Positions 1 to 12,222 of a stretch of DNA of 64,000 nucleotides are shown in pieces (the stretch's first letter is position 1; each line of letters begins with the position of its first letter). A program made the translations under genes and the position numbers. Source of the stretch: Glaucostegus cemiculus (Eukaryota); assembly GCA_976551045.1 (NCBI GenBank), contig CDPCPM010000148.1, positions 3,100,001 to 3,164,000 of the forward strand, written 5' to 3'. Under the pieces are notes generated by a model. It searched no databases and was not told where the DNA came from. It saw only the letters and a program-made list of their open reading frames with translations.

Positions 1-449
1 TCAACATTTTTGAAGAGAATTGTGAAGAGAATTGCACGCAGGAGATCTGACCAATATCTTCTGAATTTGGAGCAGAACTTCCCAACTTTTGCACTGAATG
101 CCTCTGGTAACCGAGGCCGGTAGCCCATAATGACTTCCGAAATAAGTTGTGACCCTACTTCAATAATCTATAGTCTTGTACTCCGAGATATGTCACTTCC
201 TCAGTGCCACCCACATCCCAATCATTTCCGGAGTATGTACCATCCTCAATTTTGTCCCAAATGCATCACCCCACGTTTGTCTGGATTTCATTCCATCTGC
301 TTATTCTTCAGCCCATTTCACCAACGCATCGAATCCTTCAGACGCCTGAGATAATTTTCCAAACTTTGAACGATTTCACCAATTTTAGGGTCATCGACGA
401 TCCGATAGATCTTCATTCACAAGGCTAATTCCTGAACACTGATTCCCAG

Positions 450-680
450 GACTAACTGCTAGGATGAGGGTGTTGTCCAGTTAATGGAGGCCAGGTAATT
501 TGGGTTTGTACTCCTTCGAGGTTGGAAGAATAAGAGATGGTCTCATGCAAACATATGTGGTCATAAGCGGCCTGCAGTGAAGATTTTGCGATGACCTTAA
601 ACAATGAGGTGCCGATCACTTAGAAATCAGGTGCGGAGAACTTCCATTCAACAGAGGGTAAAGAATTGCTGCGTTTCTCC
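450..680 (+). mobile_element. Degenerate CR1 3' fragment
   Basis: Resembles the CR1 ORF2 C-terminal region (LGLYSLE.RR.RGDL.ET) seen better preserved at 38700-38900. Confidence 0.5.
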
Positions 681-1199
681 AAAACAAGCTATTTTTTTAA
701 CAGAACGCAGACCTGCTGCCCCGAAGTCAGTCCCTCGAAAACTTTTCTACCACGAATTCGGGCTGACTATTCCGACAGAATAACTCAGTGTCTGTCGCAA
801 TCGCCTAACCCTTCGTCGCTCCTCCTATGTGTTTGAAGATTTTACTGGAGAATGCTATAAATTCTCCATTATCATGCTAATATCATTTTAATTTCTCCTC
901 AGAACGTTGCTGACAACTACAGATATTCTGCTGTAACTAACTCTTGGTTACTCCATAAACCCGCCTTTCCGAGAGAAACGAATGATTCAGCATATCAGCG
1001 ATCCACCAGCTGGTAAATTAATGGCCTTCATATCAATACCCGTGTGCACGTTGAAGCGACTTCAGCACTTCTTGCTACATCGCCGTGTCCGCTCTTTATC
1101 ACGCCCTCCATTCTCTGGAATAATTCACACTGAAGACTCCCCTCTACATCCTCTCCTATGGGTCGAAGAAGCCACATTAACGAAGCCCCTTTTCCTGAG

Positions 1200-1790
1200 C
1201 TGCGGCAGTCTTGCAACACAGAATCGAGCCCGGATATCCACCTGGCCCATGCTGATCATCAAGTACATATCTGTATCAATCACAATTACCAGCTCTTTGT
1301 CTCAGCGATTCAAGTGTTCGTCTAGATACATCTTAAATGTTGGGAGAGTCTCTGCCTCTACCAGGTTCTCAGGCAATGCATTCCAAACTCCACCCACACT
1401 TTGGAATATGAAGTACTCCTCACATCTCGTCCAAACACCCACCCCGTTAAATTTGAACATGTCCTCTTGTTATAAATACCTCAGCCACGTGGAAAAGCTT
1501 ACAATTATCTTCTCTACTCATGCCGCTCATAATTTTGTGAACCTCTATCACAACACTCACAAACATCTCTCTGTTGCAAGGCAAACAAGCTTCCTCTATC
1601 CTGCTCTTAACGGGCACACTCCAACCCAGACAAAATCCTGGTGAATTGCTTGTACACCTTCTCCAGGGAAGTCGTTAGTTCTACTGTGTTGCGACGAGAA
1701 CTAAAAATAGTGGTCCCGATGTGGCAATGTCAATATTTTATATCTTCCCTGCGCTCATATTCCATGTTCCAGCTAATGAAGGCTGGTATC
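1200..1790 (-). mobile_element. Degenerate CR1 3' end
   Basis: Reverse-strand similarity to the CR1 ORF2 end and 3' UTR (gcctctaccagg..gcattccaaactcccaccacact). Confidence 0.55.
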
Positions 1791-2071
1791 TCGACGACAT
1801 TTCACCACCAGTTCGACCACTATTGTCACATTTAACACATTTATCGAGCATCCGACGTACACTGAAAGTCTTCTGCTCCCCATTACTCCCGACCATTCAT
1901 TGTGTATGTCGTATTATTTTGACCTGCCAGCATGCACCACACTTCTCATTCTCCACAATCTCAGTGGTCGCCTTTTCAATTCCGTCACCGTGACCGATAT
2001 CTGGATTGAAAATCATGCAACACAGGCATGTAAATACAGTCACACTATGTCAGCCGTGCGAATCCGCTTAC

Positions 2072-2141
2072 CTGGGAGCCCAAGGATTACCAGAAAAATG
2101 CGGAAAACGAAATCAATCTCGAGAATCACGGGCTTAGACAT
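2072..2141 (-). CDS. Coding exon 1 of a GPR139-like GPCR (copy 0); exon 2 presumably lies beyond the left window edge
   Basis: Minus strand reads MSKPVILEIDFVFRIFLVILGLP then G|GTAAG. 70 nt and phase 1, as in the other first exons; weak TATA-like CATAAATA about 60 nt upstream. Confidence 0.75.
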
Positions 2142-2560
2142 TATTGATGAGGTTCGAGTGATTTTCCACATATAGTTCCCAGTGTGAATAGCGCCTTATT
2201 TATGGCGGGACGAAACCCCCTTGCGACCTAATTTCATTTGGTGCCAACAAGTTCAACTAATGTAATTAAGCAGCTACAATGACATCACATATTCCCGCAA
2301 CACTGAGTTATTCCACACCGATACGATGCAATTGTGGACCTTGCCTTCAGAGGATTCCATTTATTTCAACAATAACCCTGCCACCTTTCCGTCTTTTCTT
2401 TAATCTCACTGCTTCTTGCAACATCGAGACACTCCATCTGGAACCTACAACTCTCCAGTTTTATCTTCATGTTCATCGCTGTCAAACAGAGGGTTCACCA
2501 GAATGTGGGGACCGTTCCTTCCTGCATAAATCCATGAATATTTGTCAATCAGCGGGGCCC

Positions 2561-3159
2561 TGTAATAGACCTGATAATGTGTATAAAGTAGAAGAAAATT
2601 TGGAGTGTAAAAGATTGCGAGTCCTGAGACGTGAATTAAAGGGCACATTATTAGAGCTGTAATAAAACGGCTTGAAATAGCTGTGCTTCGATCTGAAGTG
2701 CCTTGCTCCAGAGATTTTACTTGCTTCAGGTTTCTTTCTGTAGCATTGAGTTATGATAGTACCAGTTACTGTCTGAAAATATCTGCATGGTTGACTCTTG
2801 CTCCACCACACTGACCTTGAGTATCCTGAATACAAAGATAATAAATGGAGCCCAATGGTTGGAAAAGAAAAGATTAAGGAACTATAGTTTGCTTTAGAAA
2901 ATTAGTAAATATTTCAAGTAAATTCTTTTTTTCTGTAACCAATCACGATGTAGAAAACAGAAGATGCATGATCATTCCTAATTTGGTACTTGTTTGGATC
3001 TCTACAAAGGTATAAGATTTTATGTAGCACAATATATTGCGGAGACCTCCTGAATCGGGACATAGGTGCCTGGTTTGGTGCTTTCCCTTCGGATCAAGTT
3101 ACAAAGAGTTTGCACGAGAACCGTATTCTTTTGAGTTTTCTCTCCAACCGAATTAGACA
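2561..3159 (+). mobile_element. ERV LTR (copy 1)
   Basis: TGTAA...CA termini, CCAAT and TATA-like motifs; colinear with 46591-47193. Confidence 0.8.
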
Positions 3160-4560
3160 ATTGTTGCGATAAGAGTACGAATCAGGGAAATCGGGCCCTG
3201 ATAAGACCCTGTAAAGAGATTGTGAGCGATCGTGGAAAACAGAAGAGGGACGAGGAGATAAAAGTCACCGAAACAGCATCCTGCCTTAGACCGGTTGTTA
3301 AGAGGGGAAATCCCCCACACGAAGGTCAGGATCTGAAGCGGATGCCGGAGTAGAGTGGCAAAATGGGTCAAACTTTAGACAAAGGGGATGGTAAAACACC
3401 CTTGGGGAAATTGTGTAAAAGAAATCCAGATTTAGAAAAGGGTTTTGGCCAACAGTGCACGACTGAACAAGAAATTTGGAGACTACAATTGGCCATTGTG
3501 GGGAACTTTGGATTCAGAAAAATGTCCACGCGCTGAATCAGAGGTTTGAAAAACAAATTGTTCACAAAATTGGAAGGATCTCATTACTAAGTGGAAAGGG
3601 GTGGCAGACAGACACTCATTGATGCAGTTTAAAGTTGTGCACAAGGCCTATATGCCACAAGATAAGCTAGCTCGTTTTTATGATTGTATAAACCCTGTAT
3701 GTGACAGATGCAAATCGAACGTGGCTTCTTTGTCGCATATGTCCTGGTCCTGTCCTTATTTGGAAAAAAATATTGGAAATACATTTTTAATATTGTTTAA
3801 GATTTATTGAAGATCGATTTACAACCTTACACTATTACTGCAATTTTTGGATTACCATTGATAAAGTCTGGCTATTTACCTGCTTCTGCTAACCGTATGA
3901 TTGCTTTTGTTACATTGATGGCCAAACGAGCCATTCTGCTTAAATGAAAGGATCCGATACCCTATACCACCTTTCAATGGTTCTCTCAAACTATATCATG
4001 TCTTAATTTGGAAAAAAAAAATAGGAGTGGTACTGTTGATTCTTCGCTTAAATTTGAAGCTATTTGAATACTATTCAATACTTTCATATGATGCAGTTTC
4101 CCCTTCTATAACTTTTTTTTAAAATTCAGAGAAACGGAGCTGACATCATATTGTTTTATTTCTATTGAAAATTTTGGCCCATTTTTTTTCCCTTGTTTTG
4201 TTTTGTTTTTCTTTAAAAAAAATCATTTTCGGTTTAATTTACTCTATATTATTATGTTTTTTTATTATTGATTTGGGTTTTTTTTTGTTTTTTTTTCTAA
4301 TTACATAACAAATCTTTTTCTTTTCTATCTTTTACATTACACTTATGAATCGAGAGATTGTTGGAACTTTTATATATATATATATCATACTTTATTATTT
4401 TTTTATGATTACCTACGATTGTTACTTGATATTTCTATAATACGTGTAAACATTGTTGTTATCTATCATAACCCGTATTGATTTGTTATTACTAAAAAAG
4501 ATTGAAAAAGAAAGGGGTGGCAGAGAAATTGAATGAGAATTCTAAACAGACCTCTTGGGT
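3160..4560 (+). mobile_element. gag: ERV copy 1 leader and gag (matrix) remnant, interrupted by an L1 insertion
   Basis: ATG at 3363 reads MGQTLDKGDGKTPLGKLCKRNPD and is homologous to 47867 onward. Homology stops at 3608 and resumes at 4510-4555. Confidence 0.8.
3609..4509 (+). mobile_element. 5'-truncated L1-clade LINE (ORF2 C-terminus plus 3' UTR)
   Basis: QFKVVH..CDRC..SLSHMSWSCP Cys-His motif, T-rich 3' UTR and A-rich tail. 15-bp TSD GAAAGGGGTGGCAGA at 3594-3608 and 4510-4524. Confidence 0.88.
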
Positions 4561-4619
4561 TCTTAAACGGTTAAGGATTTACTGACGCCGATATCGGTGG
4601 TTAGAAGACGGGTAATTGA

Positions 4620-4940
4620 AGTGGGACTGGAGGGGTGAGAGGAAGGGGAGAATAGGAGGGGTATAAGAGGGGAGAGGAGGAGAGAGGAGAAGGAGGGGAG
4701 AAATGCGGTGGAGGAGAAGAGGTAGGGTGAGAAGAGGGAGGGGAGAAGAGGGAGGAAGGGAGAGGAAGAGGGTGAGAGGGGTGAGAAGAGGGAGTGTGTG
4801 TGTAGAGAATGGGGAAGCTGGGGAGAGAGGACATTAGAGGAAGAGGGGGATAGAGAGGAGAGGTGGGAGAAAATGAAGAGCGATAGAAGGACAGTTGAGG
4901 GCAGAGAGAGATAGAGACAGTGGGGGAAGAGAGGGCAAGA
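4620..4940. repeat. GA-rich polypurine low-complexity tract
   Basis: Almost entirely G/A with degenerate GGAGA units. Confidence 0.85.
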
Positions 4941-5429
4941 AAGTCTAACTCTCAGCGAGGACAGGCAGTGTGTGGTAGATCTGTACCTATATTCGTCCAG
5001 TCTCCCACACCACCCACACCCCGTACAGTCTCTGCTCCTCTGCGAGGACGGAATAGAGGAGGAGATCTCCGTCCTGTCCTCTCCTATCCCTCCCCTTACA
5101 TGTAACTCCCTCACCTTTTGCCGAGTGGTCTCCATCAGTTCCTCTTCACTCATGTCTCCATTCGATGTCACCTTCACCTGAATCCACCGGTTCTCTTCAC
5201 CTGAACACAACAGCTCAGTGACAACATGACGATCACAGCCAACTCCAGTGCTACTCACAGGATGTGTCCTTTCTCTCTCTCTCTCTTCTAACGTGCATCA
5301 ATTCCCCACGTCCGTAACGCCTTGTTTCCTCCCCCTACCCCTTGCTAATTATCCCTGTTGCTCTCTTTGAATTTCACGAGAGACACAGACATTGTCAGGC
5401 AGACAGACGAAGGCAGAGACTGAGAAACT

Positions 5430-6400
5430 CAAGAGTTTTTCAACACAGAAACAGGCCCTTCGGCTCAACTCGTCCAAGCTGAACAAGTTGCCTACTTTAA
5501 AGAGACTCACTGGCCCAATTCTGGCCCATATCCGTCCGAACCTTTCCATGCACCAGTGCAAGTGCCTTTTCAATGCTGCAACTGTACCCAATTCTACAAC
5601 TTCCTCTGGCAGGTTGTTACATATATCTACCACCCTCGGTGTGAAGAAGCTGCTCCCAGATCCACTTTAAAACTTTTTCCTCCCAAATACCAATGCACTC
5701 TAGATGTACATTTCCCTACCCTGGGAAAAAGGACAGGGATCATCCGTTTCTGCTGGTTTTTAAAAACTTTATGAGGTCATCCTTCGGCAATAACAGTCCA
5801 GGAATCCCTCAATGTGGTAACACAGGTCATTTGTGGAGAAGACAAACTGTAGGATTGTCTTCGTGGGACGGAGCATAGGTACAGGAATTGAGATGTTGTG
5901 TTGCAACTTGACCAAACATTGGTGAGACCACACAGAGTACTGTGTGCAGTTCTGGTCACGACACTACAGAAAGGATGTCATTGCGCTGGAGAGAATTCAG
6001 AGGAAGTTCACCAGGATGTCCCCTCAATGGAGTACATGTGTTCTGGATAAGATCGGAGAAGTTGGATAGGTTATTCATGGAGCAAAAGAATGGAAGTGGG
6101 ATCTGAAGGAGTTCTGCAAATTTAAGGCAAAGATCGGGTGGACAGTCGGAAACATTCGGGCGTCAGGGTTATCAAATCAAGGGGACAGAGGATGAGGGTG
6201 AGAAGAAGACGATGTAACAGGATTATTTTCACACAGGAAGTGGTTGATATTTGGATCTTGTTGCCGGAGGAGGTGGAGAATCAGGTATGAACTCTACTGA
6301 AGAAGAATTAAGACCGGTACTTGAATAGGCAAGGCATAGATACATAGGGTCCTCATACGGATAAAAAGTATAAGTGCTGTTGGACATTTCGGTGTTGAAC
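5430..6400. mobile_element. Degenerate CR1 3' fragments (minus about 5430-5780, plus about 5860-6400)
   Basis: ORF 5349..5633 NNLPEEVVELGT..KRHL. Plus strand ttggtgagacc..gagtactgtgtgcagttctggtcac..aggatgtcattgcgctggagag encodes LVRP.LEYCVQFWS. Confidence 0.7.
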
Positions 6401-6489
6401 CACCGTTTAACGGTCAGTGGGTCAGACAGCATCAGTGTAAAGGGACAGTGTAAAGTTGAAACCTTTGCCAGAGGACGATGGTTCATCCC

Positions 6490-6780
6490 AACGTTATTTT
6501 GAAGACTTACATTATGGGGGATGGAAGCGCACAGAGATTCGATGTCCTTCTGAGAAGTTAGGCGGTCAGGGCCGCGGAACTGAAAGTTGTTGAAATGATG
6601 AGAGGAATGCGAAGTGTCACGGACGCAGGTTATAAGGCACTGGGCTAAGCGAGACAAAATAAAGTCAAGATATGAGAACACAGGTTCAGTGGGAGAGCAC
6701 AATGCACCACTAATTGGTCTACGCGATCATTTGTGTCTGTGGATCCTGCGTAGGAGGGAGAAACAAGTAGAGCTGGGGAG
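6490..6780 (-). mobile_element. Penelope-like element reverse-transcriptase fragment
   Basis: SPTEPVFSYLDFILSRLAQCLITCVRDTSH..FQFRGP..DIESLCASIPH resembles the Penelope RT motifs YIRDT and DV.SLYTSIP. Confidence 0.75.
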
Positions 6781-7658
6781 GTGAACGATGAGTTTTTCCA
6801 GCTTCTCGAGTGTGGCTCATTTGAATGAATCATGTTGGATTCTAAAATCCCTTTATGTCCGTTTGCTGCAGGGAACTTCTCTGCAGTTTAACACGGCTAC
6901 TGCAATATATCCAACAAATTAATTAAAACATTTCCAAGGTTGTAAAGACATGAATGAAATGTTTCATTTTGTTGAAGGCAGGAAGTGAGAAGGAGAAAGG
7001 TAGACAGAGAGAGGGGAAAGAGAGAGAGAGAGCGGGAGGGATGTGAGTTAGTGTGCATCAGACTGAGTTCATATGCTAATAATGTGTCAGTCACTGATTT
7101 CAGTTTTGTCCAACAGCGAAGGAAACTGGTCTACATCAGGGCATGCTTTTGTATGACATTTATTTCACAACATGCATGATAATCTGGATCAGTAATATTG
7201 TTCAGGATTTTGGCAAAGAGTTCGTTAATGATGTGGAATTCAGGCCAGTTGAGTTAAAAAGCAGTTCATATCCTGATACATTACAAAATACAGAAGACTG
7301 CTGGACAAGCAACATGTTGTACAAAACAGACATGTTCTGCGGATAATTATGGGGAAAAAATGATTCTCCACTCAATTTCTTCCCACTTTCAAATTCTTCC
7401 GCGTTATTTTTTCCTTTTGTCTTCTGCTCTTTTCCGCTGCTTTCCCCATCATTTTTCCGCAGACCAATAGCAATTCTGCTGAATCTCCCATCTTCAAAAC
7501 ATGCAGTAGAACAAGTATTACTAAGAAAGGACACATTGTTGGAAGCACATCAAATAAGATACCACTTTAAAAAAACGCGGCTCCCAGCGGTTCTCAGTCA
7601 TTGACAATTCTGGTTATGACATAAGATTGAGTTCATGGTGAAATTCGTTCAATATGTT

Positions 7659-8569
7659 CTATCCGTGAAGACACTTGTCAGTGAGCATCAGCGGGTATTT
7701 CAGCGCGTACTTCAGCTCCTGTCTGAACATCCTCTGCGTAAGAACATAAATGCAGGTGTTTGTGCAGCGGTTCAGCATTTGAAGCATCCTTGACGTAGAT
7801 ATCATGACATAATCAGTGTTATACATAGAAATAAATGTGATTTCTATTATCTTTGCTATTTGTCTACAGATAAAATACACGACTCCAGGCATCCATAATA
7901 ATATATAACTGATCGATATACTGAAGAGTAAAACGATGGACTTCTTTCGGTTCTCCAGCTCCGGGTCCTTGTCATTCTCTCCGTTGCTTTGGCCCCGAAG
8001 CCCCCCGCAGGCTCTACTGGCAGATAAAATACGGCTGGTCGTCAATACATTGAGGAACACAATTAGAAAGAACGGAACACATGGGATTAAAATGATCTGC
8101 AATGACTCAAATATTCTCCAGGCGGATAAAGTAACGAAGATGAGCTTAACGGCGCATTCCCAAGGAATATTATTGATGACAACTGCAGGTTCAAAAATAA
8201 ACAGCCAAGGTAAGCACCTCAAACAGCAGATGGCACACACGATCACAATAACCACAACCGCAGTTCTCTCCCTGCAATATCTGATTCTCAGCTTCTCGCA
8301 ACAAATCATGATACAACGGTCGAAGGTGAAGGCAACCGTGAGCCAGACGGAAACATCGCTGGTCGCAAACTGCAGGTACGTGGTCAAACTGCACACCGGA
8401 GTAATGTTGAGGAACGATCTTGGGAAATACAACCGGGGAATCGATTCCAGTATCACTTCAAAGATAACGACCAGGAGATCGGCCGCTGCCATTCCCAGCA
8501 GGTAGCGAGTGATACATTTGGAGAGACCGCACTTTCCTCGGGACAGGATCACAATCGCCATCAAGTTAA
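7659..8569 (-). CDS. Exon 2 of GPR139-like class-A GPCR copy A (TM1 end to TM7); spliced product about 326 aa
   Basis: ORF 7659..8699. Acceptor ctcttcatcttccag|TT AAC TTG gives (V)NLMAIVILSRGKCGLSKCITRYL. Contains MAAADL (TM2), PVC (TM3 Cys), TFDRC (DRY-like), WEC (ECL2 Cys), LLWMP (TM6), NTCIY (TM7) and an FRQEL helix 8. The first ~43 aa of the ORF are intronic. Confidence 0.93.
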
Positions 8570-9169
8570 CTGGAAGATGAAGAGGAATATTCAGATGAAT
8601 CCAGCTGACCCCGAGCGGAAACGAGAGAGGAGACGGATTTATTGTTATTTTCCTCTGTTCTAAAATTGTCTGAACGATAAACATATACCTGAAGCGCATT
8701 CACGGCAAACAGGACACCGGCCATTATAACAAGTCAATTGGCGAAGGTATAAGCCGATAATATTTCCACCCTTTCCGCAAATATCGACAACATGACGTTA
8801 CTCCTCGACTGCCTACAGTGGTCCCCGTAGATTTCAATCAACGGACGTGTTGCCGTTGATTTGCAACTGGTTCTCCCCAGCTGATGCCAGGCTGCATATT
8901 CTGTACACAAATTTCAGCAACCTGGTCCTTGCGCGCTGATTTCCACTACACTGTTCCCTAACAGGTACCGTGATTCTCTCCACAATTTAACACCAAACTT
9001 CAGAANNNNNNNNNNNNNNNNNNNNNNNNNNNNNNNNNNNNNNNNNNNNNNNNNNNNNNNNNNNNNNNNNNNNNNNNNNNNNNNNNNNNNNNNNNNNNNN
9101 NNNNNNNNNNNNNNNNNNNNNNNNNNNNNNNNNNNNNNNNNNNNNNNNNNNNNNNNNNNNNNNTGATGA

Positions 9170-9850
9170 ACGCTAGATACCCCATTAAAATGACAACTTC
9201 TCGGCAATGGATACACTCCATGCCTGCGTGCAACAAGACGTGGTAAACATTCAGGCAGTGGGCAATTAATACCACAAAGCTTTCACGCCACAAAATAGCC
9301 AAATAACGACGATCTTGAACAAGAATGAGTTTGACTATTTGTCAACGACGCTCAACAGCGTTGCCTTCACCGCTTCTCCCTCCTCTCCCCAATCAACATT
9401 TTGTGTTCATGGTTGACCAAAATCTCAACAACAGCTACATAAACCGGAGTTCTGCTGCAGATTAAACTCCAACCCTAGCACCCCACAGGCATTTCTTCTT
9501 CTCCGACCCATAGTTCAGGAGTGCAGTGGAATGCGTGGATGTGTGCGGCGCCAGCGGTATGAATGGCACAGCGCATAGCAAGCAACCAGATTGATATTCT
9601 TTACACGGCCACGCAAAACATATCTTCACTCCATCACAATGGCTTCAGCCTGTTCAGGCGAAAAAAATGCATTGCAGTTATTCATCCAGTCTACTTCCAT
9701 AAATCCTAAACCCTCAACCTCAACCACCTCTAACAGCTTGTGCTTCAATAGCAGTAGAAGGCTTTTACCTCTGGGTTCAAGCCTCACACCATTCTCACTG
9801 GGGAATATATCGCCTTCATATTGCCTCACTGAGTCCATGCCTTAGAATTC
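9170..9850 (+). mobile_element. Old L2/Crack-like LINE RT C-terminal fragment inside the intron of copy A
   Basis: caacaagacgtggtaaacattcaggcagtgggca..tttcacgccacaaaa resembles QQDL.NIQAWA..W..TF.P.K. Confidence 0.5.
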
Positions 9851-12152
9851 CACACATATTGCACATTGGCAGTGGACTACATGTTTGAAATGTTCGGTTT
9901 TGCTGCAGATTGAAGTCTGGTTTCCCCTCTGTTTTCTCTCTTAGTTGATTGAGGTTATTTTCATCACCCGAACGACTCCACTGATTGCAGAAGTAACACC
10001 TCGCAAATAGCTGTTCCTTTCATGCAGAAGGACAAAGGAACCTTCGCGGACTGTTGCGCTGATCATTCAAAGCAGGGACGCATGTTGGGAAGGAAAGTAA
10101 TCGCCTTTCGAGTTGACTGGAAAGAGCGGGGGGTGCAAGGTAATCAAGTAAAATTACGCAACCGGAGGAAACGCACTGCAGATTTTCTGGATGTTTCTCA
10201 TGGAATTAATTCACGTCCTTTGGTCTACGACAGTAATGTATTTCAACAGGGTTAAGAGAATTGTATGAATGTAATACTATTTTGACCCATAAGAGAAAGG
10301 AGCAGCTGGACGTTAGTCAGCGGCTACCAAAGAAACGTATCCTGATTTTCTTTTCGAGATGGCCGAGGGGCAAGCCGAAAGCAGGAAGTTTGGATGGGGG
10401 ACTGGGTGTAGGAGAAGATACAACTGGTTTGCTGTTCCAGATCAAGAGACACTGTAACTGAACAGGAAAGGAAATGACACAGTGTTAAGGGTGAGCGTGC
10501 TGTTCCTTGTGTCAGTGACAGCTGCACACTGCGAAGGCGGACCGTGCTGGGAGGTAGGCAGGATAAACATCAATTACAACAGCTGAAACAATGGAGAGAG
10601 GAATCCAGCTGTGAAATCTCACCGGCGACAGAGAGAAATTTGAGCAGTATGCCACAGAAAACCGCACCTGTTGGTTCCAATCACACAGCACAAATGATAA
10701 TTGCATAAAGGGCTTTCGACGGTACTTTGTGTCCTGACAAAATTAGTAGAGTGCAACATTTCTGTAATACAGGCAGTAAGCACAACTTTTATCGTCGATC
10801 ATTTAATGATTTTGTGCTAATAAACCCCTCTGTAATTCAGTGACGAAAAGAAAAGAACACGTCAAAATTATCAATGAAGGGACCAGTACAATGGCAGAGC
10901 AATACCAAAAACTCGAATTTCATTCTTAATTCTTCAGGCAATTTAGCAGCCACATATTGTTAGATTGCGTAATCTGGCTGTTTTGTCTCTATCTCGCATT
11001 CTGTTTTGCCTCAGTTTTCCATTAAACTTCTCTCAAGTCATTATTTAAATCGTTATTTTTCATTGATTGACTTGTCGATTTCTGCACCGTCAGTGCTTTT
11101 CGGACATTCTGTGATTAGTATGATACAATCATGCGGTCAAAGGTGAAATACCTGTGCAGCAACTCAGGGTTTATATTAATCACTTATTTCTGCACATGTT
11201 CGCTGACACTCAGAAACCAATTTGATCATCGCGGTGGATTACCAAAAAGAGAATCCAGTGAGAACACAACAAAGACGAAAGCATTGTGGAAACATTGCCG
11301 TGCCCACTGGACTAAACGGTTATCGTTCATGCCTTTTGGATACTCAACAATCCCGACAGAAGAAGGGAAAAGGAGGAAACAGAGCCAGCACCAGAGAGAT
11401 GGTTCATATCTTTTCTGCAAATACAGCTCATAACACCAGCGAACGAAAATTGAAAATTGACCAGACTCCTCAGTGATACCGCGGATGGCTTCCAGAATAA
11501 AAGCACCCAATGAATCCAAAAGGCTTCATTATCCTTATACTAACAAGGCGGTGGGAGGTCGGTGTTAAAGATCCATATATATATATAAAGATAATGTTAT
11601 ATTAAGGGACTTCCACACAACAGAACCTCACACACAAATGGTTCCCCAAACAATGTAGGCTTTGCTGTCTGGAGCGAATCAGGCGCCACCCCAGTTTAGT
11701 GTCTCGAAGATAATTTGGTGTTAACTGGAGATCAATAAATATATCACAAGAATGATAACCATAAAGTCGAAATTAAATTAAAGCATTCTATAGTGGTACA
11801 AAAACGTGTTCTTCCTTTCTGTAACAGAAGCGTGATCAGATACCGCGTTGTGAATCACGGAAGAAACGGATTTACGTATGAATGCTGCCGGACGAAAATG
11901 GCAATTAGTTACTGAATGTCTGCTGGCGACTTTCATAGTGAGGCACCTGACAAAGATCATAAAAGAGGTAATTGGATATTATGATCAATATAGCTGGGAA
12001 AATAATTACTGCGTTTCATTGTGAATCACAAATTATAGAGGCCTATGAAATTCCGATCATAACACAGAACACAATGCGGTATACAATATGTGTTCAGACA
12101 GATGAACTACCGATTTAAAACACTGAGCCACGTATCGGAGGGAGCAGCTTAC

Positions 12153-12222
12153 CAGGAACTCCGAAGCCCGCAAGGATGGGGTAGAAAGTGCGTTCTATCG
12201 GAGTTATTACCGAGAAAACCAT
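12153..12222 (-). CDS. Coding exon 1 of GPCR copy A
   Basis: MVFSVITPIERTFYPILAGFGVP + G|GTAAG, 70 nt. Joins exon 2 in frame (G|TT = Val); intron 8570..12152. Confidence 0.88.

Noticed and set aside
982-1644. 220-aa ORF
   Set aside because: It is largely antisense to a decayed CR1 3' end and has no recognisable domain.
4563-4940. Ser/Pro/Leu-rich ORFs
   Set aside because: They are translations of the polypurine low-complexity tract.
7936-8505. 189-aa plus-strand ORF, and the similar ORF at 22968..23315
   Set aside because: Both are antisense shadows of the GPCR exons.
8570-8699. N-terminal 43 aa of ORF 7659..8699 as the true start of receptor A
   Set aside because: It has no TM1 homology, and a canonical acceptor plus a matching exon 1 at 12153-12222 explain the gene better.
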